Shown here piece by piece: positions 1 to 11,472 of a DNA stretch of 64,000 nt. Each line of letters begins with the position of its first letter. The first letter of the stretch is position 1. The stretch comes from an uncultured delta proteobacterium. Lineage in GTDB: Bacteria; Desulfobacterota; Binatia; UBA9968. Below the pieces are notes generated by a model, which was given only the letters and a program-made list of their open reading frames with translations, was not told the DNA's origin and did not search any database. Location: contig CAVTUQ010000025.1 in the NCBI GenBank assembly GCA_963737905.1, positions 298,653 to 362,652 on the forward strand. Reading direction: 5' to 3'. Both the position numbers and the translations under genes were made by a program.

Positions 1-1324
1 CCACGGCGCCGGTGGCCGCCGCGGTGGTTTCGGAGGCCAGTGTCGCCCCAAGAAAAGTGCCATGCTGCCAATTGAAGGATTGATAGACGAGCGGGATCAT
101 TTTTTGCCGGCGCGCCCCGAAAAGGATCGCGCTGATCGGCACGCCTTCGGGCTTCTCCCACTCTGAGGAGTAGCTCGGACATTGTTTTATCGACACAGTG
201 AAGCGGGCGTTGGGGTGCGCCGCCGGGTGGCCGCCTTCGGGGTCCCAGGGCTTGCCGCGCCAATCCTGAGCATCGTTGGGCACGGGATCGTCGTGTCCTT
301 CCCACCAGACGGTTCCGTCCGCTCGCAAAGCTACGTTGGTAAAAATGGTGTCTCTCGTGACTGTCTTCATGGCGTTTCGATTAGTATTCGATCCGGTCCC
401 CGGCGCAACACCGAAGCAGCCGGCTTCCGGATTGACCGCCCAAAGTCTGCCGTCCTTGCCGACGCGCAACCAAGAAATATCATCGCCGATGGTGTGGATC
501 TTCCAGCCTTTCATGCTTGGCGGCGGAACCAGCATCGCGAGATTGGTCTTACCGCAGGCGCTTGGAAAGGCGCCGCAGACATAGTGGATCTCGCCATCTG
601 GGCTTTCCACCCCGACGATCAGCATATGCTCGGCGAGCCAGCCTTCTTGCTGTCCGAGTTTGCTGGCAATACGCAGAGCCAAGCATTTTTTCGCCAACAA
701 CGCGTTGCCGCCGTAGCCCGAACCAACGCTCCAGATGGTATTGTCCTGAGGGTAATGACAGATGAAGCGGCGCTCGATGTCGAGGTCGGCCTTGGAATGG
801 AGACAACGGGTAAAATCGTCGGAACCGCCGAGATGATCGAGCGCGATCTGGCCCATGCGCGTCATGATACGCATGTTGAGCACGACATAGACGCTGTCGG
901 TCACTTGAATTCCGACCTTGCTGAACGACGAGCCCCGCGCGCCCATGAGAAACGGAATGACATACATCGTGCGTCCTCGCATCGAGCCGGCATAAATTTT
1001 CGACAGCTTGTCGTAGGATTCCGCGGGGGCCATCCAGTTGTTGTTAGGGCCTGCATCTTCCTGCCGCTCTGTGCAGACGAAGGTCAAATTTTCGGTGCGC
1101 GCGACATCGTTGAGAGCGCTGCGATGCAAATAGCAACCTGGTAATTTCTTTTGATTCAGCTCGATTAGATCCCCGCACTGAAGGGCGATTTGTGTTAGTC
1201 GTTCACGCTCGTCCTCGGAACCGTCGCACCAGAAAACTTCGTCAGGCTGGCATAGTGCAGCTACATCTTTGACCCATTTCTGGACATGGGAATTGGACGG
1301 TACCGTTCCTGTTACTTTATTCAT
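1..1324 (-). CDS. pckG: Phosphoenolpyruvate carboxykinase (GTP), 3' end beyond window
   Basis: Manual minus-strand translation MNKVTGTVPSNSHVQKWVKDVAALCQPDEVFWCDGS...DVARTE...GSGYGGNALL...AFPSACGKTNLAM...GDDISW; GGAG RBS upstream; absent from the ORF track because it runs off the edge. Confidence 0.93.
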   Translation of the reverse strand, partial: MNKVTGTVPSNSHVQKWVKDVAALCQPDEVFWCDGSEDERERLTQIALQCGDLIELNQKKLPGCYLHRSALNDVARTENLTFVCTERQEDAGPNNNWMAPAESYDKLSKIYAGSMRGRTMYVIPFLMGARGSSFSKVGIQVTDSVYVVLNMRIMTRMGQIALDHLGGSDDFTRCLHSKADLDIERRFICHYPQDNTIWSVGSGYGGNALLAKKCLALRIASKLGQQEGWLAEHMLIVGVESPDGEIHYVCGAFPSACGKTNLAMLVPPPSMKGWKIHTIGDDISWLRVGKDGRLWAVNPEAGCFGVAPGTGSNTNRNAMKTVTRDTIFTNVALRADGTVWWEGHDDPVPNDAQDWRGKPWDPEGGHPAAHPNARFTVSIKQCPSYSSEWEKPEGVPISAILFGARRQKMIPLVYQSFNWQHGTFLGATLASETTAAATGAV

Positions 1325-1454
1325 AGCGTCGATTTTCTCCCTTACAGACTTGGCTCTCTACTTTTCAAACTATCCGATTGAGAACGGGGATGTCAACTAA
1401 CCCATCGGCTCTCAATAAATGGCAACCAAAGTCCCAAAAAAGCGGCCGAGGATG

Positions 1455-2348
1455 CTATCCTCGGAACACCCGGACCAGACGCCAACGTCCACCGGGAATA
1501 TCTTCAACCCACTCTACTAATGCAACCAACCCCCCGCAGGGGTCGAGGATGCGCGCCAGCTTCTCGGCCCCGATCGGTTTATCTAACTCCCGCAAGATTT
1601 CTTGCTGCCCCAGACGGAGTCGAGCCAGCAGTTGGTTTTCCCAGGTAACGGCTCGAAGATGGTCCAAGGCTTTTTCCAAAGAAAGGAGGAGAGCCTTTGA
1701 ATCGACCCGCTCAAGCTCGTCCAAAGTCACCGCCCGATCTACCGTCAGATGACCGCACGCGATTCGGCGGAGGCTTTTCAGATGCGCGCCGCAACCGAGA
1801 GATTGTCCCATGTCAGCCGCCAGAGTCCGAACGTAAGTTCCACGAGAGCAGGTCAACTCAATTTCGATCTCATCTTTGCCCAACTGATTCAGTTGAAGCC
1901 TTTCAACCCTGATGGAACGCGGTTCGCGCGGCACTTCTTTACCCTGGCGTGCCAGCCGATAGAGGGGCACCCCGTCCCTCTTGAGCGCCGAGAACATCGG
2001 CGGCACCTGCCGCAGGTCACCGGAGAATTGCTGTTCGAGCTTTTCAAGTTCCGCTTTTCCTAGAGTCGGCACGGCTCGTACTTGCACAATAGTTCCGGTG
2101 GCGTCCTGAGAATCGGTTTCTACTCCCAGGACCATGATGCCGCGATAGCTCTTGGCGGCGCTCAGGAATAGATCGGCAACCTTCGTCCCCTCATTAATTC
2201 CTAAAACCAACAATCCGGAAGCAAACGGGTCCAAGGTACCCAGATGACCAACCTTCTTCGCTCCCAACAGAACCTTGACCCTGTGCACCACCTGTGCGGA
2301 GGAGGGACCTTCTAGCTTGTCGATCAAAAGGAGGCCGCTATCCACCAC
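1455..2348 (-). CDS. truB: tRNA pseudouridine(55) synthase
   Basis: GHLGTLDPFASG and CSRGTYVRTL motifs; follows rbfA. Confidence 0.97.
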   Translation of the reverse strand: MVDSGLLLIDKLEGPSSAQVVHRVKVLLGAKKVGHLGTLDPFASGLLVLGINEGTKVADLFLSAAKSYRGIMVLGVETDSQDATGTIVQVRAVPTLGKAELEKLEQQFSGDLRQVPPMFSALKRDGVPLYRLARQGKEVPREPRSIRVERLQLNQLGKDEIEIELTCSRGTYVRTLAADMGQSLGCGAHLKSLRRIACGHLTVDRAVTLDELERVDSKALLLSLEKALDHLRAVTWENQLLARLRLGQQEILRELDKPIGAEKLARILDPCGGLVALVEWVEDIPGGRWRLVRVFRG

Positions 2349-2411
2349 GATATCGCTCCGCTTAACGACCCTTGTACTGTAAAGCGATGATAGATTGATG
2401 AAAGGAAAGGT

Positions 2412-2753
2412 CTATTGCCTAACCTGTTTCAGAAGATTTTCGATCCGCTGCGCTTCATCTTGCGTCTCGTCGTAGAAGAACTCGATGGTTGGGACAAATC
2501 GAAGGTTCAATTGTTTGCCAATCTTTGAGCGAATAAATCCGGTGGCGCTTTGCAACCCCGCCAGCACGTCTTTCCTATTCTCACGGTCACCAAAAAGATT
2601 AAAGTAAACACGCGCGTGGCGAAGATCTTTGCTGACCTTAGCAGCCGTGATCGTGACCGCGCCGAGGCGAGGGTCACGGATTTCTCTTCTCAACAGTTCC
2701 GAGATCAACTCCACGAGCAAATCACCGACCCGGTCTGAACGTTGATAATCCAT
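2412..2753 (-). CDS. rbfA: Ribosome-binding factor A
   Basis: RSDRV...IRDPRL...SKDLRHARVY...LRFVPTIEFFYD; operon context. Confidence 0.97.
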   Translation of the reverse strand: MDYQRSDRVGDLLVELISELLRREIRDPRLGAVTITAAKVSKDLRHARVYFNLFGDRENRKDVLAGLQSATGFIRSKIGKQLNLRFVPTIEFFYDETQDEAQRIENLLKQVRQ

Positions 2754-2772
2754 GAGCGGTCACTAAGCTGCA

Positions 2773-3060
2773 TCAGCAATGATAGAACTCGATTTCGGCG
2801 CGGCCCACCTCGGCCAACCCCATATCGTCCACAAACTCCACGACCTTCTGGAGCATTGCGTCGAGGACGGGCTGACTTGTGCCGACGACGCCGAAGCCCA
2901 GGACTGCGCTTTGCCAGAGATCTTGGTCACCGCACTCAGTGACGGAGATGTTAAATTGATTTCCAACCTGCGCCTGGATTCGTTTTAACACCCCTCGCTT
3001 TCCCTTCAAAGAGTGATTCTCGGGGAGCACAAGGTTGAGCTTGAGAACCCCCACGACCAT
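2773..3060 (-). CDS. DUF503 (YlxP-like) protein
   Basis: HSLKGKRGV...FNISVTE..DQDLWQ; between infB and rbfA. Confidence 0.9.
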   Translation of the reverse strand: MVVGVLKLNLVLPENHSLKGKRGVLKRIQAQVGNQFNISVTECGDQDLWQSAVLGFGVVGTSQPVLDAMLQKVVEFVDDMGLAEVGRAEIEFYHC

Positions 3061-3099
3061 CGAGGCCGAGGGCGATGGATCATGATGTCGGCTTATCGC

Positions 3100-5871
3100 T
3101 TATCCTCTACTCGCGTGCGATGCTTCTCGTCCCCCGGCGGTGGTCGCGATACGCCTTATCACGGGGATTTTCTCGTACGCTTCGACCACGTCTCCCTGCT
3201 TGATATCCTGGAAGCCTTCGATGGCAAGACCACATTCGTAACCGGCAGCTACCTCACGGACGTCGTCTTTGAAACGTTTGAGGCTGCCTAGCTTGCCTTC
3301 GTGTACGACCACCTGATCTCTCAGCAACCGTACCAAACTTCCGCGCTGGACTTTTCCTTCAGCGACATAGCAACCGGCAACCGTACCCGCGCCGGAGATA
3401 TTGAAGACCTGGCGAACTTCAACCCGACCCATAATTTGCTCGCGGTAGGTCGGTTCCAACAGTCCTTCCATTGCTGCCCTCACATCGGCTACCGCTTCAT
3501 AGATGATCGTGTACAAACGAACGTCCACCCCTTCTTTAGCCGCCAGCGAAGCTCCTTTGGCTTCCGGCCGAACATTGAAGCCAATCACAATGGCATTGGA
3601 GGCTGCCGCCAGCAAGATATCACTCTCGGTAATGCCGCCAACGGACCCGTGGATCACCCGGAACTTGACTTCGTCGCTGGAGAGCCGACCTAGAGCTTCC
3701 GTTAAAGCTTCTACGGAGCCCTGGACATCCGCTTTGAGGACGACCCGGAGTTCCCTCACATCGCCCGCTTTGATCTGATCGTAAAGTTCTTCCAGCGAAA
3801 CCTTGCTCGACTTAACCAGCTCGGTCTCTCTTTGCTTGCTGTGGCGATACTCCGCAACCTGCCGCGCCTTTGCCTCGTCGGCAACCGCGACGAAAGAATC
3901 TCCAGCCTGCGGAACACCCTGCAGGCCAAGAATTTCCACGGGGAAAGAAGGCGAAGCCGCATCTACTTTACGTCCCCGATCATCGACCATCGCCCGCACC
4001 TTGCCATAGAATACACCGCAGACAAAGGCATCACCGACGTGCAAGGTCCCCTCCTGCACGAGCACGGTTGCCACCGGTCCGCGTCCACGATCGAGTTTGG
4101 CTTCAACAATCGTCCCGCGGGCAAGTTTGTTTGGATTGGCCTTGAGCTCGAGTATGTCCGCCTGTAACAGAAGCATTTCGAGGAGATGAGGAATACCCTC
4201 TTGGGTCTTCGCCGATACCGGCGCAAAAACCGTATCCCCCCCCCAGTCCTCCGATACGAGCCCGTATTCCGAAAGCCCCCTTTTCACCCGCTCAAGGTTG
4301 GCGTCTGGCCTGTCGATTTTGTTGATCGCGACGATGATGGGCACTTCAGCGGCGCGCGCATGGTTGATCGCCTCCACAGTCTGCGGCATGACACCGTCGT
4401 CCGCCGCCACCACCAGCACGACGATATCCGTCACCTGCGCACCGCGCGCCCGCATGGCGGTGAACGCTTCATGACCGGGAGTATCCAAGAAAGTTACACT
4501 GCGGCCGTCAACTTGCACATGATACGCGCCGATATGTTGGGTAATGCCGCCGTGCTCTTGATCCGTCACATGGGTGCTGCGAATAGCGTCGAGCAACGAG
4601 GTCTTTCCGTGGTCGACGTGGCCCATAATGGTGACCACCGGCGACCGCGGCATCAGTGCCGTCTCCTGTTCTTCCACCTGGTGCTCGACTTCAAGAGCGC
4701 TGTCGGCGTCGAATGCGACATTCTCTACTTGATGGTCGAACTCCGAAGCAATCAGGGTCGCGGTATCCGCATCCAAAACCTGATTAATCGTCGCCATCAT
4801 CCCGAGCCCCATTAATTTCTTAATGACCTCCCCGGCCTTGACACCCATGTCACGCGCCAAGTCACCGACGGTAATGACTTCGGAGATTTTAATAATGCGC
4901 TTGCTGGCCCTGGGAACAGTAATCTCGGTTTTTCTTTGCTCTTTTCCGGGGAGCGCTCTCTTCTTTCTCGGGATACGCCCGGAGCGAAGCTCTTTTTCTC
5001 GAAACTCCAAGACATCTTGTTTCTTGACGACGCGCTTCTTGTGGCGGCCGGCCTTGGCTGGTTTCTCCCCTTCGGCTCCTTCTGGCTTGGGGGCCTCGCC
5101 TTCGCGAGCGGGTTTGAGAGTGTCTGCCGCCGGCCTCTGAGTTACCACCGGTGCGCCGGGTACCGGACGCCGAGCTACGGGTGTCGGCGCCGGCTCGACT
5201 CTCGTTGTTCGCCTAAGATCGATACGGCCCAGGATCCGCGCACCGCGGGGTGCTTCTTCTTGAACGGGCGCTGGTTTTTCTTCTGCGCCCGGCTTGGGAG
5301 CGGGTTCTTCTGGCACCCCCTGCACCGAAGGCGCCGCTTCTGCTGTCACTTCCTCAGTACCAAGAGGTTCTTCCTGAAAAACCGCATCCATCTCACCCAC
5401 CAGGTGATCTGGCATTTCAATTTCAGGCGTAGATTGATCCGGCAATTCCTCGGCAGGTGCAATCGGTGCTGCCGTTTCTTCGATGGCCGGGGCGGGTGTT
5501 TTCTCGAGGCCGGGCTCGACTCCCGTCTCGGGTCTCTCAACCACCTGCGCAGCCACCTCGACCCGGCTGGTGCGGCGGCGAATGACATTGGCTCGAACCC
5601 TTCGCTCCACCACCGTTTCCCGAGCCTGAATTTCTCCGAGGTTCTCATCCTCTGCGGTCACGACACGGTCCGCGACGACTTTTTCTTCGCCAACGTGGAC
5701 CTGAGGCTTCTCTTGTCCTGCTAACACCGCCCTGAGACGAGTTACTTCGTCATCTTCCAGGGAACTCTGAGCCTTACGGCCGCGAATTCCCAGTTTGTCA
5801 AGCTGGGCAATGAGATCCTTGGTCTCGATTCCAAGTTCCTTAGCCAATAAATGGACTCTCGTTTTTCCCAT
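3100..5871 (-). CDS. infB: Translation initiation factor IF-2
   Basis: [20 protein letters not shown] and NKID GTPase motifs. Confidence 0.99.
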   Translation of the reverse strand: MGKTRVHLLAKELGIETKDLIAQLDKLGIRGRKAQSSLEDDEVTRLRAVLAGQEKPQVHVGEEKVVADRVVTAEDENLGEIQARETVVERRVRANVIRRRTSRVEVAAQVVERPETGVEPGLEKTPAPAIEETAAPIAPAEELPDQSTPEIEMPDHLVGEMDAVFQEEPLGTEEVTAEAAPSVQGVPEEPAPKPGAEEKPAPVQEEAPRGARILGRIDLRRTTRVEPAPTPVARRPVPGAPVVTQRPAADTLKPAREGEAPKPEGAEGEKPAKAGRHKKRVVKKQDVLEFREKELRSGRIPRKKRALPGKEQRKTEITVPRASKRIIKISEVITVGDLARDMGVKAGEVIKKLMGLGMMATINQVLDADTATLIASEFDHQVENVAFDADSALEVEHQVEEQETALMPRSPVVTIMGHVDHGKTSLLDAIRSTHVTDQEHGGITQHIGAYHVQVDGRSVTFLDTPGHEAFTAMRARGAQVTDIVVLVVAADDGVMPQTVEAINHARAAEVPIIVAINKIDRPDANLERVKRGLSEYGLVSEDWGGDTVFAPVSAKTQEGIPHLLEMLLLQADILELKANPNKLARGTIVEAKLDRGRGPVATVLVQEGTLHVGDAFVCGVFYGKVRAMVDDRGRKVDAASPSFPVEILGLQGVPQAGDSFVAVADEAKARQVAEYRHSKQRETELVKSSKVSLEELYDQIKAGDVRELRVVLKADVQGSVEALTEALGRLSSDEVKFRVIHGSVGGITESDILLAAASNAIVIGFNVRPEAKGASLAAKEGVDVRLYTIIYEAVADVRAAMEGLLEPTYREQIMGRVEVRQVFNISGAGTVAGCYVAEGKVQRGSLVRLLRDQVVVHEGKLGSLKRFKDDVREVAAGYECGLAIEGFQDIKQGDVVEAYEKIPVIRRIATTAGGREASHASRG

Positions 5872-5874
5872 CTC

Positions 5875-6153
5875 TTACTCTCCGTATCGCTCCCTCAATT
5901 CTAGAATTATTTTTCCCCTTACATCCTTGCCGATTTCGACATGAAATGCCCGATGAAGACTCTTTCTCCGCAAAAAAGCCTGCCAACAGGAATGAACCGG
6001 GTGGAGATATCCTCCCCGACCGTTACCCAACCAGTCCATTTTCAGCTCACCCTGTTCGCCGACGACCAGGCGAATTAATCTATTCTGCTCCTCTCTCTCG
6101 CCACATCCCAAGCATGTCCGTCGTGGACGATGGCCTCGTTTCGACAAAGGCAC
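5875..6153 (-). CDS. ylxR: YlxR/DUF448 RNA-binding protein
   Basis: PRRTCLGC...GRGGY motif; between nusA and infB. Confidence 0.9.
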   Translation of the reverse strand: MPLSKRGHRPRRTCLGCGEREEQNRLIRLVVGEQGELKMDWLGNGRGGYLHPVHSCWQAFLRRKSLHRAFHVEIGKDVRGKIILELRERYGE

Positions 6154-6155
6154 AC

Positions 6156-7502
6156 CTAGGATTCCTGAGGTTGTTTTTCCTCCACTGATTGCACTTCTAA
6201 TTGCACTTCGCTGATGGCCGCCGCTGCTTCGGCTGCGGCTTGTGCCTCTTGTTCCTTCTTCCGCTTCTCGGCTATGTATTCCTTGGCGGATTTGTGCAAT
6301 GCCTCGGCTTTATCCTTGCTTACGCCTTCGACATCGAGGATGTCTTCCAATTCGCTGTCGGCCACTTCCTCGGCAGATTTGAATCCAGCCTGGTACAGGA
6401 GCTCGGCCGCAAAATCGTTGATGCCGGGGATAGCTCCGATCGACTGCCGCGCCTGGCGTGTCTCTTCTTCGGCCTCAGCTTCGCTGCGCACATCGATCCG
6501 CCAGCCGGTCAGGCGCGACGCCAGGCGGACGTTTTGGCCCTTCTTGCCGATGGCAAGAGAGAGCTGATCGTCGGGAACAATAACCTCCATGCTGTGCTCG
6601 TCGTCATCGATGATAATTTTAGAAACTTTTGCCGGCGCCAGAGCCCGGCACACGTATTCGGCTTGATCGGGTATCCAGTGAACGATGTCGATTTTCTCGC
6701 CGCGCAACTCCTGAACCACCGACTGAACCCGCGTCCCCTTCATGCCAACGCAGGCCCCCACAGGATCGACATCGGGATCATTGGAGACAACGGCGATCTT
6801 CGCCCGACCTCCGGGCTCACGCGCCGCGCCTTTAACTTCCACGATGCCTTCGTAGATTTCCGGAACTTCCTGCTCAAAAAGTTTTGTGAGCATGCCGGGA
6901 TGGGTGCGCGACAGGACAATCTGCGGACCGCGACTCGTGATCTCCACGCTCACAATGTAGGCTCGAATCCGATCTCCTTGCCGGTATCGTTCCCTCGGCA
7001 CTTGCTCCTTTTCCGGGAGAATGGCATCGGTGCGTCCCAGATTCACAATTATGTTACGTTTCTCGAAGCGCTGCACAATGCCGTTGACCAACTGTCCTTC
7101 TCGCCCCTTAAACTCGTTATAGATAATCTCCCGCTCCGCATCTCGAACACGTTGGACAATATTTTGTTTGGCCGCTTGCGCGGCGATGCGCCCGAATATG
7201 CTGGAATCCAGTTTGCTCAGAAGCTCGTCGCCGATCTCGGCATCCGGATCAAGAGCCTCTCGAGCCTCCTGCAAGGTCACCTCCACAGCCGGGTCTTGCA
7301 CGTTTTCCACCACGGTTTTGGCTTCGAAGAGCTCCACCTCGCCGATCTCTGGATTGAACTGGGCCTCGATCTTTCGTTGATGACCGAAAGTCTTCTTGGC
7401 CGCTGAGATCATGGCATTTTCCAAAGCGCTGATGAGGATAGACTTGTCGATGCCTTTTTCTTTGCTTACTTGTTCGATAACTCGATTGAGATCCTGCTGC
7501 AT
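6156..7502 (-). CDS. nusA: Transcription termination/antitermination factor NusA
   Basis: FGRIAAQAAKQ, AREPGGRAKIAV, AIGKKGQNVRLAS; start at the internal ATG. Confidence 0.98.
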   Translation of the reverse strand: MQQDLNRVIEQVSKEKGIDKSILISALENAMISAAKKTFGHQRKIEAQFNPEIGEVELFEAKTVVENVQDPAVEVTLQEAREALDPDAEIGDELLSKLDSSIFGRIAAQAAKQNIVQRVRDAEREIIYNEFKGREGQLVNGIVQRFEKRNIIVNLGRTDAILPEKEQVPRERYRQGDRIRAYIVSVEITSRGPQIVLSRTHPGMLTKLFEQEVPEIYEGIVEVKGAAREPGGRAKIAVVSNDPDVDPVGACVGMKGTRVQSVVQELRGEKIDIVHWIPDQAEYVCRALAPAKVSKIIIDDDEHSMEVIVPDDQLSLAIGKKGQNVRLASRLTGWRIDVRSEAEAEEETRQARQSIGAIPGINDFAAELLYQAGFKSAEEVADSELEDILDVEGVSKDKAEALHKSAKEYIAEKRKKEQEAQAAAEAAAAISEVQLEVQSVEEKQPQES

Positions 7503-7503
7503 A

Positions 7504-7971
7504 TTAAGCGCTCCAATCGTGCTCGTAATTCGACTTTTCAATCATGGAAAGTGGAATCTGATAGCGTTTTCCTTCCTGCGTCAAAATCACACTGTCTCCC
7601 ACCACCTGGCCCAGAATTCCCAGAAACGATCTCCGGCCATCGATCAAATCCCGGGTGCGAACGCGAATTCGCTTGCCGACAAACCGGGCAAAATGCGCCG
7701 CTTTTTTGAGCGGGCGATTGATCCCGGGGGATGAAACTTCCAGGGTGTAGGCGCCGTCGATCGCATCTTCTGCGTCCAGCAGCTCGCTCAGCTGGCGGCT
7801 TATCCGGCTCAAATCATCGACATTCGGCCCCCCCTCTTTGTCCAAATACAGCCGCAGCACTCGTCCGCCGCGGCTTCCCTCGTGCCGAAACTCGATATCC
7901 ACAATCTCCATTCTCTCGCCTTCGACTAGCGGGCCCGCGAGCTGCCAGACTCGCGTGAGGGTCGCATCCAT
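7504..7971 (-). CDS. rimP: Ribosome maturation factor RimP
   Basis: YTLEVSSPGINRPL motif; start at MDATL. Confidence 0.96.
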   Translation of the reverse strand: MDATLTRVWQLAGPLVEGERMEIVDIEFRHEGSRGGRVLRLYLDKEGGPNVDDLSRISRQLSELLDAEDAIDGAYTLEVSSPGINRPLKKAAHFARFVGKRIRVRTRDLIDGRRSFLGILGQVVGDSVILTQEGKRYQIPLSMIEKSNYEHDWSA

Positions 7972-7993
7972 CGCAATTCCAAGTCCCAAAAAC

Positions 7994-8017
7994 AAAAAAA
8001 GCGGGCAAAGCCCACTT
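7994..8017 (-). terminator. rimP leader hairpin / attenuator
   Basis: Minus strand AAGTGGGC-TTT-GCCCGC-TTTTTTT just upstream of rimP, typical of rimP-nusA leaders. Confidence 0.7.
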
Positions 8018-8154
8018 CGAGTGTAAACTCCTAAAGTGTAAGATTTTTTTACCACAGCGCCCACCGGAATTGCAAGGCCCGGAGCGCGCCCGCGGTGCGT
8101 TTGCTTGCCGGGGTAGATTTGCTATGATTTTCCGAATTCACACGCGTCTATGCC

Positions 8155-9264
8155 ATGAAAGTATTAAACCTTCACAGTAAACAGTCACCGTCCAAAATCT
8201 CCTGGGACCAGATTCTTGCCGCCATGGAAGATGGCGTCATCACGGTGGACCGGGACGGAAAGGTCTCTTATTTCAACGAAGCCGCTGAGATGCTCACGGA
8301 ACTTTCTGCATCCCAGGCGATCCAAAAACCCGTGATCCAGCTCTTCAAGCGAGAGCATTGGCTCATAGAACTGGTCAAAAAGAGTCAACCGCCACGACAG
8401 GAAAGCACGCGGGGCGAAGGCGAGTTGGTGACGCGCTGGGGACACAAGGTGCCCGTCAGCCTCACGGTTTCTCCTCTGCAAGACCGGCACGACAATTTTC
8501 TAGGTAGCATCCTCGTCCTACGGGATCTGAAGCATCGGAAAGAACTAGAAGAAGATCTGAAACGAGCGGATCGTTTAGCCATGGTCGGAACTTTGGCCGC
8601 CGGCCTGGCTCATGAAATTCGTAACCCCTTGGGAGGTATCAAAGGCGCCGCTCAGCTGTTGAAGCGCTGCTTGGATCGCGATTCATCGTTGCTGGAATTT
8701 GCCAACATTATGATTCGCGAAGTCGATCGGGTGGACAAACTCATCGAGCAGCTTCTTGATCTATCTCGCCCGGCAAAACTTGAACTCACGGCGGTGAATA
8801 TCCACGAGGTGTTGAATGACGTTTTATTGCTGGAAGCACAAGCGGCGGAAGAGTTGAGCATCGTTGTTAAAAAACGTTTCGATCCCAGCCTGCCTCCGAT
8901 CCGCGGAGACCGAGCCCAATTGACGCAAGTTTTTCTCAATCTCGTGAAAAACGCCCTGCAGGCGATGAACGGGGGCGGCGCTTTGACCGTCACGACACGG
9001 CTGGAAACCGACTTTCACATCCGCGGTCAAGGAACCGAGCGCAGTCGGCTAATTTGGGTGGACATCGAGGATCAGGGAGTCGGAATCAAAGAGGAAAACC
9101 TTCCCCATATCTTCTCCCCTTTCTTTACCACCAAGAACAGCGGTACCGGTCTCGGGCTCGCGGTTTGCTATCGAATCGTCAACGAGCACGGCGGTCTCAT
9201 CCGCGTGGAGAGCGTCGAAGGGAAAGGAACCACCTTCAGGATTTCTCTCATGGAGGCAAATTAG
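8155..9264 (+). CDS. PAS-domain sensor histidine kinase, NtrB/GlnL-like
   Basis: PAS domain; LAHEIRNPL H-box; FFTTK and GTGLGL boxes. Confidence 0.9.
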   Translation: MKVLNLHSKQSPSKISWDQILAAMEDGVITVDRDGKVSYFNEAAEMLTELSASQAIQKPVIQLFKREHWLIELVKKSQPPRQESTRGEGELVTRWGHKVPVSLTVSPLQDRHDNFLGSILVLRDLKHRKELEEDLKRADRLAMVGTLAAGLAHEIRNPLGGIKGAAQLLKRCLDRDSSLLEFANIMIREVDRVDKLIEQLLDLSRPAKLELTAVNIHEVLNDVLLLEAQAAEELSIVVKKRFDPSLPPIRGDRAQLTQVFLNLVKNALQAMNGGGALTVTTRLETDFHIRGQGTERSRLIWVDIEDQGVGIKEENLPHIFSPFFTTKNSGTGLGLAVCYRIVNEHGGLIRVESVEGKGTTFRISLMEAN

Positions 9265-9268
9265 CACT

Positions 9269-10714
9269 ATGGATCAGGGAAAGATCCTGGTTACGGAAGA
9301 CGAAGAATCGCTGCGCTTTGTGCTGAAGAAGGCCCTCGAAAACGAAGGCTATTGGGTACAAACCACGGCCAACGGTAATGCGGCGCGCCAGTTACTGACG
9401 GAAACACATTTCGACGTCTCACTCATGGACATTAAATTGCCCGACGCGGATGGTCTAAGCTTGCTGAAAGAAATCAAAGAAGCAGGCATCGATACTGCGA
9501 TGATCCTGATGACCGCCCAGAACACCATGCGCAATGCCATCGGCGCCATGAAGAACGGGGCCTTCGATTATATTACCAAGCCCTTTGATCTTGATGAGGT
9601 CCTGGTCCTGGTCAAACGGGCCATCGATAGCCGCAAGTTAACCCGGGATTTCCGGGAACTCAAAGAAGAAGTGAAAAAACGTTTTGAGCCCGGCGTCAAT
9701 ATCATCGGCACGAGTTCCAACATGCAGAAGGTCTACAAGACCATCGGGCAGGTGGTCGATACCCATGCCACGATTTTGATTCAGGGAGAGAGCGGCACGG
9801 GCAAAGAGCTGGTCGCCAAGACGATTCATTATAATTCGCCGCGCTGGAATCAGCCGTTTGTCGCGATCAACTGCGCAGCCATCCCTCGTGACCTGTTGGA
9901 AAGTGAGCTCTTCGGTCATGAAAGGGGTGCCTTCACGGGCGCTCTGGATCGGCGCATCGGCAAATTCGAGTTGGCCGAAGGCGGGACGCTTTTCCTCGAT
10001 GAGGTGGGCGACATCCCGCTGGAGCTGCAAACGAAACTTCTTAGAGTCTTACAGGATCGCGAGTATAGCCGTGTCGGCGGCAGGGACGTCTTGAAGGCCG
10101 ATGTTCGGATTCTGGCGGCCACAAACCAGGATCTCGAGAGAGCGGTCAAAGAGAAGCGCTTCCGTGAAGACCTCTACTTTCGTCTCAAAGTGATTCCGAT
10201 TTACTTGCCGCCGTTGCGCGAGCGCAAGGGCGACATTCCGCTCTTGATCAGCTACTTCATCGACAAGATCAATCGCGAAATGGGCATCCAGATCTCTGGC
10301 ATTTCTCCGGAAGCCCAGAAGCTTTTGGAAGAACACACTTGGCCCGGCAACGTTCGCGAGCTGGAGAACACGCTTATCAGAGCGGCGGTGCTCTCCTCCG
10401 GCCCTATCTTGTTTCCCAAAGATTTTACTTTACAGAACAAACCGGCGATCGCGAACCTCGAGGTGGATCAATTGTCCTTCGAAGAGATTATCCGCCACAA
10501 ACTCGAAGACTACTTTCGCCGAACCGGTGACGTGGATTTGGATAACCTTTACTCTCTAGTCATCGAAAGAATCGAGCGGCCATTGATTGAGCTGACGCTC
10601 AAAAAAACTCGCGGCAATCAAATCCGCGCGGCGCAGATTCTCGGCATCAACCGAAACACGCTGCGCAAAAAGATCGTCGACCTGCGGATTGAGGTCAAAA
10701 GAGAAAGCAGTTAA
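9269..10714 (+). CDS. Sigma-54-dependent response regulator, NtrC-like
   Basis: REC domain, GESGTGKE, GAFTGA, Fis-type HTH (GNQIRAAQILGINRNTLRKK). Confidence 0.93.
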   Translation: MDQGKILVTEDEESLRFVLKKALENEGYWVQTTANGNAARQLLTETHFDVSLMDIKLPDADGLSLLKEIKEAGIDTAMILMTAQNTMRNAIGAMKNGAFDYITKPFDLDEVLVLVKRAIDSRKLTRDFRELKEEVKKRFEPGVNIIGTSSNMQKVYKTIGQVVDTHATILIQGESGTGKELVAKTIHYNSPRWNQPFVAINCAAIPRDLLESELFGHERGAFTGALDRRIGKFELAEGGTLFLDEVGDIPLELQTKLLRVLQDREYSRVGGRDVLKADVRILAATNQDLERAVKEKRFREDLYFRLKVIPIYLPPLRERKGDIPLLISYFIDKINREMGIQISGISPEAQKLLEEHTWPGNVRELENTLIRAAVLSSGPILFPKDFTLQNKPAIANLEVDQLSFEEIIRHKLEDYFRRTGDVDLDNLYSLVIERIERPLIELTLKKTRGNQIRAAQILGINRNTLRKKIVDLRIEVKRESS

Positions 10715-10721
10715 CCGCTCC

Positions 10722-11354
10722 ATGCCACAGCCTTCACGAAGGCTCCAACTACCGCCGCTTTACGCCATTCTCGATCCCGAGCAAACCAAGGGCCGCGCCA
10801 CCGAGACCGTCCTCCGCGAGCTTTTGGAAGGCGGGATTAAGCTGCTTCAATTGCGCGCCAAGGTACTAACCGCCGGCGACTTCCTCCAGCTCGCACGGGT
10901 CGCGCGCAGATTGACGCGGTCCTCCGGATGTAAAGTGATCGTCAACGACCGCGTGGACATCGCGCTTGCCTGTGACGCCGACGGTGTCCACCTTGGACAA
11001 GAAGATTTACCCCTATACGCCGCGCGGAAGTTGATGGGCGACAGCACGATCGGCATCTCGACCCATGCAGTGGAGCAAGCCAAAGAAGCTGAAGACGGCG
11101 GCGCTGACTACATCGGGTTCGGTCCGATGTTCGGATCCACGACGAAAGAAACAGGCTACAGCGCGCGCGGCCTGGAAATGCTTCGCCGAGTTCGTGCAGC
11201 AATCGCCCTCCCCATAGTCGCCATCGGCGGAATCACCGAAGCGAACGTTGTAGAAGTCTGGCAAGCCGGCGCCGATTCCGCAGCCATCATCAGCGATATC
11301 TTAGGCGCGGACGATATAGCGGATAAGGTCAAAAGAATTCTAGCTCTCCGTTAA
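10722..11354 (+). CDS. thiE: Thiamine-phosphate synthase
   Basis: QLRAK, IVNDRVD, GVHLGQED, STH, VAIGGI motifs. Confidence 0.95.
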   Translation: MPQPSRRLQLPPLYAILDPEQTKGRATETVLRELLEGGIKLLQLRAKVLTAGDFLQLARVARRLTRSSGCKVIVNDRVDIALACDADGVHLGQEDLPLYAARKLMGDSTIGISTHAVEQAKEAEDGGADYIGFGPMFGSTTKETGYSARGLEMLRRVRAAIALPIVAIGGITEANVVEVWQAGADSAAIISDILGADDIADKVKRILALR

Positions 11355-11472
11355 GCCGTGTAAACACCTCTTCCTCGATTCGCATCCTATGGTTCTCCGT
11401 CCAAAAGACGAAAATCTCGCTCCACTGTTGCACTTGCTGGGGTGATGGCGCTCAGGGTAAACTCTCATCAGC

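Noticed and set aside
182-1144. 320-aa plus-strand ORF and other long antisense ORFs (e.g. 6201-7406, 18919-20001, 23672-24601)
   Set aside because: Shadow frames opposite well-supported genes in GC-rich DNA.
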